Below, in pieces: positions 53,035-62,762 of a stretch of DNA of 64,000 nucleotides (position 1 is the first letter of the stretch; each line of letters starts with the position of its first letter). The notes beneath the pieces were generated by a model. It saw nothing but the letters and a program-made list of their open reading frames with translations, did not search any database and was not told the DNA's origin. The position numbers were made by a program, and so were the translations under genes. Origin of the DNA: Rhodospirillaceae bacterium (GTDB taxonomy: Bacteria > Pseudomonadota > Alphaproteobacteria > MPNO01 > UBA2964); assembly GCA_002720855.1 (NCBI GenBank), contig PBIN01000014.1, positions 705,076-769,075 on the forward strand, given 5' to 3'.

Positions 53035-56000
53035 TTAATGAAAGTCACGTGACGGGTACATCACCTGGCCACTGTCACCACTCTCGCCGAGAGTGGCGCT
53101 TTCATCGGAGGCAGTGACTTCCGTTTTGAAGCGTTGTGGCGCCTCCATCAATGCCCATAACCGGTCGCTCATATCAGTCAGACGTCTTGCAACAAGGTGA
53201 ATGACGATTCCTTCGCGTTGCAGCTCACCCGTTACACAAAGCAGACGCGATGCCAACGTTTCCTTGCGATAACGTTCAAACAGTTTGGGCCAGATGATCA
53301 CGTTGGCGATTCCGGTCTCATCTTCCAACGTGGCGAAAATGACACCACTGGCAGTACCCGGGCGTTGTCGGGTGATAACGAGCCCGGCGACGGTCACCTG
53401 TTGGCCGTTTTCCGTTTTAGCTAATAGATCATTGGTGATAACGCCCTCGTGCGTAAGACGGTCACGCAGCAATTCAAGAGGATGATGTTTAAGCGACAGC
53501 CGGATAGCAGCGTAGTCATGAGAAACTTCTTCGCCGGGTTTCATAATTGGCAGACTAACTTCCGGCTCGATGATATTTTCCCCTGTCTCGGCAAATAGAG
53601 GGAGTTGTCCTGGTTTGATACGGCGGACTTCCCATAACGCCTGGCGACGGGAGAGACCGACAGACCCATAGGAATCGGCTTTGGCAAGACGTTCGAGAGC
53701 TGATGGTTGCAGGTCGCTGCGCAGCCACAAATCTTCGGGACTGGAGAAGGGACGGGCGTTTCCCGCCTTGCGGGCCTTGAGTAAGGCTTCAGCATCGGTT
53801 GGTTTTAGCCCCTTGATTTGGCGGAAGCCCAATCGAAGTGCCGGGAAGTTTTCCCGGTCGGGTTCCAGCGTGCAGTCCCACTCACTGTAATTGACGTCGA
53901 CCGGCCGCACGGTGACACCATGATCGCGGGCATCGCGTACGATCTGGGCTGGAGCATAAAACCCCATAGGCTGGCTATTGAGTAATGCGCAGGCGAAGGT
54001 GGCGGGGTAATGGCATTTGAGCCAGGAAGAGACATAAACCAGTAAAGCAAAGCTGGCGGCATGGCTTTCGGGAAAACCGTAATCACCAAACCCTTCGATT
54101 TGCTTGAAGCAGCGCTCGGCAAAGTCGAGGTCGTATCCGCGCTCGATCATGCCGTTAATCATCTTGTCACGATAATTATGGATTGTTCCCAATCGCCGGA
54201 AGGTTGCCATAGCCCGGCGCAATCCATCGGCTTCAGCGGGGGTGAATCCGGCCGCGACAATGGCGATTTTCATCGCTTGTTCCTGAAACAACGGCACACC
54301 ATATGTTTTTTCCAGAACGGCGCGTAAATCCTCAGAGGGATAGTCGATTTTCTCCTCGCCATTTCGCCGTCGCAGATAGGGATGCACCATATCGCCCTGA
54401 ATAGGACCGGGCCGGACGATGGCAACTTCAATCACCAGATCATAAAAACTGCGTGGCTTGAGACGTGGCAACATGCTCATCTGAGCACGGCTTTCGACCT
54501 GAAATACGCCAACAGAATCGGCTTTGCAGAGCATGTCATATACAGCGGGATCTTCGGCAGGGACGGTCGCCAGCTCGTATTTCTTGCCGTGATGCAAGGC
54601 TAGTAAAGACAAGGCCTTGCGAATACAGGTCAGCATGCCGAGCCCCAACACATCGACTTTGAGAATGCCAAGTGCATCAAGATCGTCCTTATCCCATTCG
54701 ATCGTCGTGCGATCGTCCATTGCGGCATTGGCGATGGGCACCATGGCATCCAACCGACCACGGGTGATGACAAAGCCGCCAACATGTTGCGACAGGTGAC
54801 GTGGGAAACCGGTAATCTCACGTGCCAGGCGCAGAGCATGACCAAGGCGTTTTTCCTTGGGGTCCAGCCCGGCTTCCCGAACATAATTGTCGTCTATCGA
54901 ACCAGAGCGGCGACCAGAGACGGTACCTGCCAATGCGTCTTCGACGTCGCGAGTGAGCCCCATGGCTCGGGAAATTTCACGCATGGCGCTGCGACCGCGA
55001 TAATGAATAACGGTAGCGGCCAAGCCGGCGCGATCACGGCCATATTTGTGATAGATGTATTGGATGACCTCTTCGCGGCGTTCGTGCTCAAAGTCAACAT
55101 CGATATCGGGCGGTTCGCCACGTTCGGCGCTGATAAAGCGTTCGAATAGAAGATCAATGCGGGCCGGATCAATGGCTGTGATTCCGAGACAATAACATAC
55201 GGCAGAGTTGGCAGCAGAGCCGCGCCCCTGACATAGAATTCTTTCGCGTCTGGCGAAGCTGACGATGTCGTGGACCGTCAGAAAATAGTTCGCATAGTTT
55301 AACTCGCCAATTAACGCGAGTTCGTGGATTAGCTGCTTTTTGACTTTTTCGGAAGTGCCATTGGGATACCGTTCCTGAGCACCTGCCCAGGTAAGTTGTT
55401 CGAGATAATCCTGTGGTGAAATGTCGGGAGGCGCTTCATCGTCGGGGTATTCGTAGACCAGTTCATCAAGCGAGAAAGTACAGCGTTCGGCAATTTCCAA
55501 AGTACGGGCAATAGCATCAGGATGATGACGAAACAGGGAAGCCATCTCATCGCCTGATTTGATATGGCGTTCTGCATTGGCAAAGAGATGATACCCCGCC
55601 TTCTCGACAATGCAGTGTTCGCGTACTGACGTAAGCGCATCCTGTACGTCACGCCGCCTGGCGTCGTGATAATGCACATCGTTACATGCTACCAGGGGTG
55701 TTTGTGCCGTTTGCGCTAATGTTGACAAAGCATCGAGACGTCGCTGATCGCCACCGGTTAAAAGATTTTGTCCGGCGAGATAACAGTGGTTGGGTAAGGT
55801 GTCGGAGAGTCTGCGTAAATGTGATGATGCGGTGTCGTCGGGTGTAGCAAGAGAAATTGCAATCTGATCGTTTGCCTGTTCCAGAAAATCATCGATGCCA
55901 AGATGACATTCACCCTTTGGCGCACGACGACGTCCCAGTGTGATGAGTTGCGATAGGTTGCCATAGGCATCCCGGTTCATCGGTAGGCAGAGCAGGCTGG

Positions 56001-56220
56001 GAGCATCGGTGAAGTCCAGCCGTGCGCCAACGATCAGTTGTATCTTTGTTTCACGGGCAGCCAGATGGGCGCGCACCACACCAGCCAGTGTGTTCCGGTC
56101 AGTGATAGCGATGGCGTCCAGCCCGTGTTCGGCTGCCCCGGCGACAAGTTCTTCAGGATGGGAAGCACCTCGTAAGAAGCTGAAATTACTGGTTGTTTGG
56201 AGTTCGGCATAAGGAGTCAT
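53035..56220 (-). CDS. dnaE2: error-prone DNA polymerase III alpha-like subunit
   Basis: 1061 aa. Starts MTPYAELQTTSNFSFLRGASHPEEL (PHP domain). Located after imuA-imuB. Confidence 0.95.
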   Translation of the reverse strand: MTPYAELQTTSNFSFLRGASHPEELVAGAAEHGLDAIAITDRNTLAGVVRAHLAARETKIQLIVGARLDFTDAPSLLCLPMNRDAYGNLSQLITLGRRRAPKGECHLGIDDFLEQANDQIAISLATPDDTASSHLRRLSDTLPNHCYLAGQNLLTGGDQRRLDALSTLAQTAQTPLVACNDVHYHDARRRDVQDALTSVREHCIVEKAGYHLFANAERHIKSGDEMASLFRHHPDAIARTLEIAERCTFSLDELVYEYPDDEAPPDISPQDYLEQLTWAGAQERYPNGTSEKVKKQLIHELALIGELNYANYFLTVHDIVSFARRERILCQGRGSAANSAVCYCLGITAIDPARIDLLFERFISAERGEPPDIDVDFEHERREEVIQYIYHKYGRDRAGLAATVIHYRGRSAMREISRAMGLTRDVEDALAGTVSGRRSGSIDDNYVREAGLDPKEKRLGHALRLAREITGFPRHLSQHVGGFVITRGRLDAMVPIANAAMDDRTTIEWDKDDLDALGILKVDVLGLGMLTCIRKALSLLALHHGKKYELATVPAEDPAVYDMLCKADSVGVFQVESRAQMSMLPRLKPRSFYDLVIEVAIVRPGPIQGDMVHPYLRRRNGEEKIDYPSEDLRAVLEKTYGVPLFQEQAMKIAIVAAGFTPAEADGLRRAMATFRRLGTIHNYRDKMINGMIERGYDLDFAERCFKQIEGFGDYGFPESHAASFALLVYVSSWLKCHYPATFACALLNSQPMGFYAPAQIVRDARDHGVTVRPVDVNYSEWDCTLEPDRENFPALRLGFRQIKGLKPTDAEALLKARKAGNARPFSSPEDLWLRSDLQPSALERLAKADSYGSVGLSRRQALWEVRRIKPGQLPLFAETGENIIEPEVSLPIMKPGEEVSHDYAAIRLSLKHHPLELLRDRLTHEGVITNDLLAKTENGQQVTVAGLVITRQRPGTASGVIFATLEDETGIANVIIWPKLFERYRKETLASRLLCVTGELQREGIVIHLVARRLTDMSDRLWALMEAPQRFKTEVTASDESATLGESGDSGQVMYPSRDFH

Positions 56221-57761
56221 CCGAACAATCCATGGATGTACCAGGATGTTTCACTATTACGGAAGAGCCAGAAACGCTGACCGGTTTCATTCTCAACCCG
56301 ATAATAGTCTCGCGTATTGTTATTGTCGTCACACCACCATTCAGGAGCAATCCGTTCAGGCCCTTCGCAACGTTGGATGCGATGAAGTACTCGCCGCCAG
56401 CGAAATAGTAGCGGAGGTCCATCTGTGCTTTCAGCAACAGCTTCGATTTCTTCAGGCGGACGCAATAAACGAAGAGGACGAGGAGTATCGGTGTTCTCTT
56501 GGTCCGTTTGTTCGGCGTCTTTCCTGTCGACAGGTCCAAAACCAGCGGCCCGTTCGGGGATATGACTTTCCCGAAATCGTGCTTGTCGAACGCTGCCCGG
56601 TCCAAGCCGGTTTGTCAGCCGGTCAACCACTGCGTTAAAACGATCTGTGCTCTGTATAGCCGCGCCGCGTTGGAGACTGGTTTGAGCCACTTCCATGGGT
56701 CCGGCAACGGCCGCAAAAAGCGTCATTTCATCGATGCCGAACTCAGGATCGATTTCGTCCAGATGCTCTGCGAACAGGCGAAGGAGATGGTCTGGTTCCC
56801 GATTGCTGCGTGCGGTACCGACGGTTACCCGGGCAGTGCTGCCATCTGGCCGGTATACTGAAAGAACAAGCTGCCGGGCACCTTGACCTTGCTTTTCCAG
56901 TATCGCACAGAGCTTCTCTAGAAGTTTGCGGGTTGCTGCAGCTATATCACCGCGATGACCTATCGGCTCGGCGAAGGTCAACCGGGAGACAAGTGGTACG
57001 GTGGGCAGGATAGGCGATAGGGGTTCTGCTGATTTACCGAGAGCGGCATCGAGCCGCAGGCGGACTTCCTTCTCAAACCTAGCTGCCAGTGGTCCTCTTG
57101 GCATATCCAGCAGATCTTCGATATAGCGCAGGCCAACCTCGTGCAGGGCCAGCACAGTGGCGGGCGGCAACCGTAAGGCAGTAATGGCTAGCGGTGCGAG
57201 AGCTTCACAAGTATTTCCTGATGGAACGGTTCTCCAGGGCGGGTCATTTGTGGCGAACCGCGCAACGGCCCAGGCACAGCCCAGCGTGTCCGCCATTGCT
57301 ATTCGGGCTGTGAAGCCAAGTTTTTCAATGCGGGTAGCCATATCAGCCAACATGGCTTTTTCATCACCAAAGAGATGCGCACACCCAGTTGCATCAAGCC
57401 ATATACCCGCGCCACCAGCGCCTTCTAGAGACAGTGTGGGGTCATTTTCTTTTTCTATACTCCCCATGCTGACCCAGGGGCTGTAGCGGCCGCACCATTG
57501 GGCAAGGCGCTCGAGCATTTTGCCATCGGCTGTGGGCTCTGCTGGATGAACGGTGAGCGAGGGTAAAATGGCACGGGCATCAGCCAACGCCATGTGCGGT
57601 TTTAACCCCGCATGTTCGGCAGCATCATTAAGGGCACTCAGACCCAACCGCGCCTGGCGCTCCTGTATCAGAACAAGAGGTTTATCCCGTAAGACTGGCT
57701 TTATGCGGCTGATCCGGTCGGTCGCAAACCGGGGCAGCCAGAGCGAGATGATCCGTCTCAT
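56217..57761 (-). CDS. imuB: Y-family-polymerase-like ImuB
   Basis: 514 aa. Begins MRRIISLWLPRFATDR. The stop overlaps the dnaE2 start by 4 nt (ATGA). Confidence 0.9.
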   Translation of the reverse strand: MRRIISLWLPRFATDRISRIKPVLRDKPLVLIQERQARLGLSALNDAAEHAGLKPHMALADARAILPSLTVHPAEPTADGKMLERLAQWCGRYSPWVSMGSIEKENDPTLSLEGAGGAGIWLDATGCAHLFGDEKAMLADMATRIEKLGFTARIAMADTLGCAWAVARFATNDPPWRTVPSGNTCEALAPLAITALRLPPATVLALHEVGLRYIEDLLDMPRGPLAARFEKEVRLRLDAALGKSAEPLSPILPTVPLVSRLTFAEPIGHRGDIAAATRKLLEKLCAILEKQGQGARQLVLSVYRPDGSTARVTVGTARSNREPDHLLRLFAEHLDEIDPEFGIDEMTLFAAVAGPMEVAQTSLQRGAAIQSTDRFNAVVDRLTNRLGPGSVRQARFRESHIPERAAGFGPVDRKDAEQTDQENTDTPRPLRLLRPPEEIEAVAESTDGPPLLFRWRRVLHRIQRCEGPERIAPEWWCDDNNNTRDYYRVENETGQRFWLFRNSETSWYIHGLFG

Positions 57762-58506
57762 TGCACCATTCCATTAACCAGGTGCCGGGTGTCCCGCCCC
57801 GGCTTCGGAATAATGTGGTGTCCCAGCAGGAAGATCCGGGCTCGTTGAGTGTAACGGCAAAACCTTGGGGGTGACTCGGCGCTGCCTTGATACGCCAACG
57901 TTGTACAGCGGCGGAAAGACCAGGCTCCTTCATCGCCGGACGGAGCAGCAATGCGAATACTTCGTTTTCTTCCGCTGCCAACTGCAACCGTCGGCTGGCA
58001 GTCATGGAGATTTCCTTCACCTCGCCGACAACAGCCGTGAAAGCATTGCTGCGCAATGTTTCTTCCATTGCCCATAATACATCCATGTCGCGTTTGATTT
58101 TCGCTATGGTCAGGCGGCGTGGATCAAGCCCATATGAGGCGAGGGCGGGTGGATAGATTTCTCCAGCGTCGGTTGCGCTTTCATTCAGACACCAGAAGAT
58201 ACAACCCTTACGATGTTTGAGCAGGGCCGCCAGTAAGGTAATGCAAAACCCGGTGGCTGCACCGGCATCGACAGGTTGATCGGGAAGAACCTCATAAAGA
58301 GCATTCGGTACAAAACCACCGGTTGGAAGTTGCCGGTCAATTTCTGGAATACCCAATGAAAATAGTTTTTCCTCTGCGGCCCAGCCGGGTTTTTCGAGCG
58401 CCCGAATATGAGCCCGTAAATCTTCCATTGGCTGAGAGCCCTTTGACACACGATGGCGGGAAAAAGGGGGAGCGATGGTATCCGGTGAAAATGTGTCCCG
58501 GGGCAT
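57682..58506 (-). CDS. imuA: ImuA (RecA/SulA-fold SOS cell-division-inhibitor-like) protein
   Basis: First gene of the cassette. Degenerate P-loop region GAATGFC. An alternative start at 58428 is possible. Confidence 0.75.
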   Translation of the reverse strand: MPRDTFSPDTIAPPFSRHRVSKGSQPMEDLRAHIRALEKPGWAAEEKLFSLGIPEIDRQLPTGGFVPNALYEVLPDQPVDAGAATGFCITLLAALLKHRKGCIFWCLNESATDAGEIYPPALASYGLDPRRLTIAKIKRDMDVLWAMEETLRSNAFTAVVGEVKEISMTASRRLQLAAEENEVFALLLRPAMKEPGLSAAVQRWRIKAAPSHPQGFAVTLNEPGSSCWDTTLFRSRGGTPGTWLMEWCNETDHLALAAPVCDRPDQPHKASLTG

Positions 58507-58564
58507 GAAAACCTTTTCCTGTTGATGATGCCCACTCCCTATAAAGTTAATGTGGGCTACAAAT

Positions 58565-58579
58565 GTTCTTGTTTTGTTC
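58565..58579. promoter_or_regulatory. alphaproteobacterial-type LexA box GTTC-N7-GTTC upstream of imuA
   Basis: GTTCTTGTTTTGTTC read directly, 59 nt upstream of the imuA start. Confidence 0.7.
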
Positions 58580-58698
58580 TTATCCCGGTTTTAAGGAAGG
58601 AGTCAAGCGTTCCAATGTCCAAATCACAATCTGTTAGCAATTGACCACCGCCGTTACTGGTAGGAAGATGCACAAAATTTTGGACAGGGAGAGCCAAC

Positions 58699-59514
58699 AT
58701 GGCCGTAACCGAAAAAGACATTAGCTACCGTACAATCGACAACCTTGAACTACTTGGGCGACATTATTCTCCTGAGGGAGAAGGTCCAGCTCCCTATATC
58801 GTCGACGTCCATGGTGGCGCATGGCGTGAGGGCGACCGGATGAATAATCAGGTAATCCACCAAAAATTTGCGGCCGCAGGTATCGGTGTTTTTGCTCTGG
58901 ATTTTCGGCTGTCGACACAGGCGCCTTATCCTGTCCCCGTTCAGGACGCGAATTACGGTGTACGTTGGTTCAAGAAAAACGCGTCAACAATCGGCGCGAA
59001 TCCCTCGACCATCGGTGGACTTGGCTCTTCCAGCGGAGGTCAACAGATGGGTTTGGTCGCGCTACAGCCAAACGATCCAGCCTATGTTATCGATGAACCA
59101 TCCCTGACAGACACAGATGCGAGTCTTGATTTCTTTATTGGCTGCTGGCCCATTCTAGATCCGCTGGCACGCTACAAAATGGCGCAGGAGAAAGGCAAAG
59201 ATAATTTGGTCGAGGCTCATGGCGTGTATTTTGCCGACGAAAGTGAAATGGCTGTTGGGAATCCCTATATGGTTCTGGATCGTGGCGAAGCGACACATCT
59301 ACCGGCCACAGCTTTGGTTCAAGGTGAAGAGGATCAGAACGTAGATCACTTTCGGGTCGACATCTTCGCAGAACGTTACCGCGAAGCTGGCGGTAACATT
59401 GAGGTGCATAAATATGCAGGTGAGCCTCATACTTTTGTCGTAGAAAATTTTGGAAATGATGCGTCCGAAGACGCTATCGCAAAATTAGTAGCTTTTGTTC
59501 ACGGCGTATCCTGA
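58699..59514 (+). CDS. alpha/beta hydrolase (esterase/lipase, HGG type)
   Basis: VHGGAW oxyanion motif and GLGSSSGG nucleophile elbow. Confidence 0.85.
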   Translation: MAVTEKDISYRTIDNLELLGRHYSPEGEGPAPYIVDVHGGAWREGDRMNNQVIHQKFAAAGIGVFALDFRLSTQAPYPVPVQDANYGVRWFKKNASTIGANPSTIGGLGSSSGGQQMGLVALQPNDPAYVIDEPSLTDTDASLDFFIGCWPILDPLARYKMAQEKGKDNLVEAHGVYFADESEMAVGNPYMVLDRGEATHLPATALVQGEEDQNVDHFRVDIFAERYREAGGNIEVHKYAGEPHTFVVENFGNDASEDAIAKLVAFVHGVS

Positions 59515-59591
59515 ACCTTAAAAGACATTCAAGACGTCTGAGACTTGTCAGATCGATTTCCGGTGACTAATAACGGCTCCCCAGGAGATTG

Positions 59592-60446
59592 ATGCATATG
59601 GCAAACCTTACGGACTCAGCTGGAAATCCAGGCCACCGCGCATGGCTGCGCGAATGGGTGGAGTCAGCGCCGTTCAGATATACCGTTCTCGTTATCATTT
59701 TTATCAATGCCATTGTTCTTGGGTTGGAGACTGAGGCCAGCGTGATAGCTGAGGTGGGCGATATGCTTCACCTGATCGATAAAATTATTCTTTGGATATT
59801 TGTCGTTGAACTCATCCTGAGAATGTATGCGCACGGGCCCAGGTTTTTTCTCGACCCGTGGGGGGTGTTCGATTTCATCATCGTGGCGATTGCGCTGTTT
59901 CCTGCGAGCGAAGAGTTCAGCGTATTGCGTGCCTTGCGGATATTACGTGCCCTACGTCTTATTTCCGGAGTACCGAGAATGCGCCGGGTCGTGGAGGCAT
60001 TGCTTCGAGCAGTGCCGGGTATCGGGTCTGTCGCAGCATTGTTGTTACTGGTTTTCTACGTCTTTTCCGTTATAGCAACCAAACTCTTCGGCACGGCGTT
60101 TCCACAATGGTTTGGAACCATTGGTGAATCCATGTATTCGCTTTTCCAGATCATGACTCTGGAAAGCTGGTCGATGGGGATCGTCCGCCCAGTGATGGAA
60201 GAATATCCCGAAGCTTGGGCATTCTTCGTTCCCTTTATCATCATTTCGAGTTTTACAGTGTTGAATCTGTTTATCGCCATCATCGTTGATTCGATGCAGA
60301 CGCTTCACGCAGATGAAGAAGAACGGACCGTTGAACGTATTGAAACCATCGTCGATGAGGATACACAGCTGGTGTCGGATGAAATTGCCCGATTAAGGGC
60401 TGAGATTCGTGATCTCCGATCCGAACTTAATGGTCGTAAATCTTAA
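59592..60446 (+). CDS. bacterial voltage-gated sodium channel (BacNaV, NavAb/NaChBac family)
   Basis: S4 LRALRILRALRLISGVPRMRR, selectivity filter FQIMTLESWSMGIVRP, and a C-terminal coiled coil. ATG at 59592 or 59598. Confidence 0.9.
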   Translation: MHMANLTDSAGNPGHRAWLREWVESAPFRYTVLVIIFINAIVLGLETEASVIAEVGDMLHLIDKIILWIFVVELILRMYAHGPRFFLDPWGVFDFIIVAIALFPASEEFSVLRALRILRALRLISGVPRMRRVVEALLRAVPGIGSVAALLLLVFYVFSVIATKLFGTAFPQWFGTIGESMYSLFQIMTLESWSMGIVRPVMEEYPEAWAFFVPFIIISSFTVLNLFIAIIVDSMQTLHADEEERTVERIETIVDEDTQLVSDEIARLRAEIRDLRSELNGRKS

Positions 60447-61270
60447 CAGTCGTCCTCGAATTCGTTATTGGATGATGGGTTAGACTCCTCTTCCTTTTGT
60501 CTTTTTTGGAAAGACAAAAACGCAAAGGGAATCGAAATCGAAAATGCGAGGACAAGCGCTGACAGTGCAAGCCAGGGTTCTGTAATAAGTGCGGCGGCAA
60601 AGAGCGCAACACCAGCCAAAGACACCATCACTAAATTCTTTGGAACGCGAATTCGTTTAAAAGAATAAGTTGGGATTGGCGCAATCATGAGTCCGGATAT
60701 CAAGAGGGTCCATGGAAGCGTAACCCATGCGGATCTCAGAAATTCCCAACCTGTTTCCACACCAAGCATCAACGGCAGTAGGACCATACCAGCGGCAGCG
60801 GGCGCCGGAACTCCACTGAAATAACTGCCAGCCCATGCCGGTAGGTCGGTATCGGCAGACGCAACATTAAATCGGGCGAGTCTCAGGACACAGCAGACGA
60901 CAAACAGTGTAGCGATCGCCCAACCGATGCCACCGGCATTATTTAGCGACCAGAGATAGATCAGCATGACTGGCGCGACCCCGAAAGAAATAGCATCGAC
61001 GAGAGAGTCCAACTGACCGCCGAGTTCCGTTTGGCCACCCATAAGACGTGCCATACGGCCATCAAGCGTATCGAGGAGTGCCGCGGCTGCTATTAAGAGG
61101 ATGGAAATTTCCCACCGATCCTGGAGTCCAAACCTTATTGCTGTAAGCCCGCAACAGAGCCCCAGCATCGTCAATGCGTTCGGCAAGAGTCGGTTTAAAC
61201 GGTCGCGCCGGGCTTGGCGGCGTTCACTACGCGATAGTCTTTCACGTGGTTTTCGTGCCATTAGCGCCAT
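60443..61270 (-). CDS. pssA: CDP-diacylglycerol--serine O-phosphatidyltransferase
   Basis: DGRMARLMGGQTELGGQLDSLVDAISF CDP-alcohol transferase motif, upstream of psd. Confidence 0.9.
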   Translation of the reverse strand: MALMARKPRERLSRSERRQARRDRLNRLLPNALTMLGLCCGLTAIRFGLQDRWEISILLIAAAALLDTLDGRMARLMGGQTELGGQLDSLVDAISFGVAPVMLIYLWSLNNAGGIGWAIATLFVVCCVLRLARFNVASADTDLPAWAGSYFSGVPAPAAAGMVLLPLMLGVETGWEFLRSAWVTLPWTLLISGLMIAPIPTYSFKRIRVPKNLVMVSLAGVALFAAALITEPWLALSALVLAFSISIPFAFLSFQKRQKEEESNPSSNNEFEDDC

Positions 61271-61947
61271 TCTCCTTTCCTGTCGTCCTGGCTGTCGTCG
61301 AGTTGAGCAATCGGTGTTTCACCAGCAACCGCCCTTTGTCCCGGAACCGCCAGGATACGCGTTCCCGTCGGTAAATAAACATCGACACGGCTACCAAAGC
61401 GGATCATGCCGTATCGTTCGCCGACGCTCAGTGATTGACTTTCCTCGGTCCAGCAAATTATTCGCCGGGCTATGAGTCCGGCAATTTGGACAACAGCAAT
61501 ATCAATGCCGTAGTCAGTATGGATTGAAAGAGAACGACGCTCGTTGTGTTCACTCGCCTTGTCCAACGAGGCATTCACGAATTTTCCTGGCCGGTAAACG
61601 CTTTTGATGATCCGGCCATCGATGGGGATACGGTTTACGTGGCAATCGAAGACATTCATAAAAACACTGACACGGCGCATCGGTGCGCTACCCATCTCAA
61701 GTTCGGATGGCGGCGGCGCATCGGTTATCATTTGAATGATTCCGTCAGCAGGACTGATAACAAGCCCCGATTCCAGCGGCGTGACCCGGTTGGGGTCACG
61801 GAAAAAATACATACACCACCCAATTAAAATTACACCGACCCATCCGAGAAATTGCGCCACGGAAAATAGCAATGCCGCGACGACAACGAAGATTGCGATG
61901 AAGGGTCGGCCTTCCGGTCTGATCTTGATTGGCGGTATTGTCGACAC
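61261..61947 (-). CDS. psd: phosphatidylserine decarboxylase (short form)
   Basis: 228 aa. FGSRVDVYLP self-cleavage region. Overlaps the pssA start. Confidence 0.9.
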   Translation of the reverse strand: MSTIPPIKIRPEGRPFIAIFVVVAALLFSVAQFLGWVGVILIGWCMYFFRDPNRVTPLESGLVISPADGIIQMITDAPPPSELEMGSAPMRRVSVFMNVFDCHVNRIPIDGRIIKSVYRPGKFVNASLDKASEHNERRSLSIHTDYGIDIAVVQIAGLIARRIICWTEESQSLSVGERYGMIRFGSRVDVYLPTGTRILAVPGQRAVAGETPIAQLDDSQDDRKGEWR

Positions 61948-61970
61948 TTTAGCTTCCGTTAAATCGATTT

Positions 61971-62702
61971 CTATTCAGGCGCCAAAATCGAAATGTGATC
62001 GCCGATAGTTATTCCAAGATCATCGGCACGTCCCTGATTGACAGAGATTTCAGCGAGCCCATTGGCGTTCTCGTACCAGAATGCGGCGCCAGATTCTACG
62101 CAAGAAAATGTTCTCGCATAGGAAAATTCTTTTTCTCTTACTTCAAGTTTCATTGCGTTCGTCAGGGTTTGGGCGCGTATGCCTGTGATGGCGTTGCCGA
62201 AATGATCGACATAAATGACTTTGTTAAGTTCTGTTGGCCAGTCATTGCCGACTAATTCTCCTGCTGCCAGCGTCCGACCGTCGACCTGCGAACCAGCGGC
62301 GAGCATCGCCGCAACTGGGGCAAATAAATCGCGTCCATGAAAGCTTGCGGACAGCTTCTTGGGTTTCCAGTCGATCGTCTGTGCAGTGACCTCAGAGGCT
62401 CGTTTGGCGACAACTGAAAACAAACCATTATCGGGGCCGACAAAAATCTGCTTATCCGCTTTCATGATGATGGGACGTCGGTCACTACCGACACCGGGGT
62501 CGACAACACCAACAATTATCGCGTCGTCCGAAAATGCGGGTACCAGTGCAGCTAAAAGATACGAGGAGGCCTCTGCGTTGAAAGTAGGCGCATCGGATAG
62601 AAGGTCTATGACGGTCTCATTGGGCGCCTGTTCTGCTAAGACAGAGCGCATTTGGCCTATATATGGCCCGGAGGGTCCAAAATCAGTGAAAAGAACGATC
62701 AT
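61971..62702 (-). CDS. SAM hydrolase / SAM-dependent halogenase family protein (DUF62)
   Basis: MIVLFTDFGPSGPYIGQM, VVDPGVGS, GPDNGL and SFHGRDLFAP motifs. Confidence 0.8.
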   Translation of the reverse strand: MIVLFTDFGPSGPYIGQMRSVLAEQAPNETVIDLLSDAPTFNAEASSYLLAALVPAFSDDAIIVGVVDPGVGSDRRPIIMKADKQIFVGPDNGLFSVVAKRASEVTAQTIDWKPKKLSASFHGRDLFAPVAAMLAAGSQVDGRTLAAGELVGNDWPTELNKVIYVDHFGNAITGIRAQTLTNAMKLEVREKEFSYARTFSCVESGAAFWYENANGLAEISVNQGRADDLGITIGDHISILAPE

Positions 62703-62762
62703 GCAACTACAGTATCGTTCATCCCTTCAGATCTAGGCAATAGGCCAGTAGGATCTGGTACG

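Noticed and set aside
56186-56886. ORFs 56186..56605 (-), 56246..56638 (+), 56499..56861 (+) and others inside imuB, and similar ORFs inside dnaE2
   Set aside because: Alternative-frame or antisense ORFs within strongly supported genes. No motifs.
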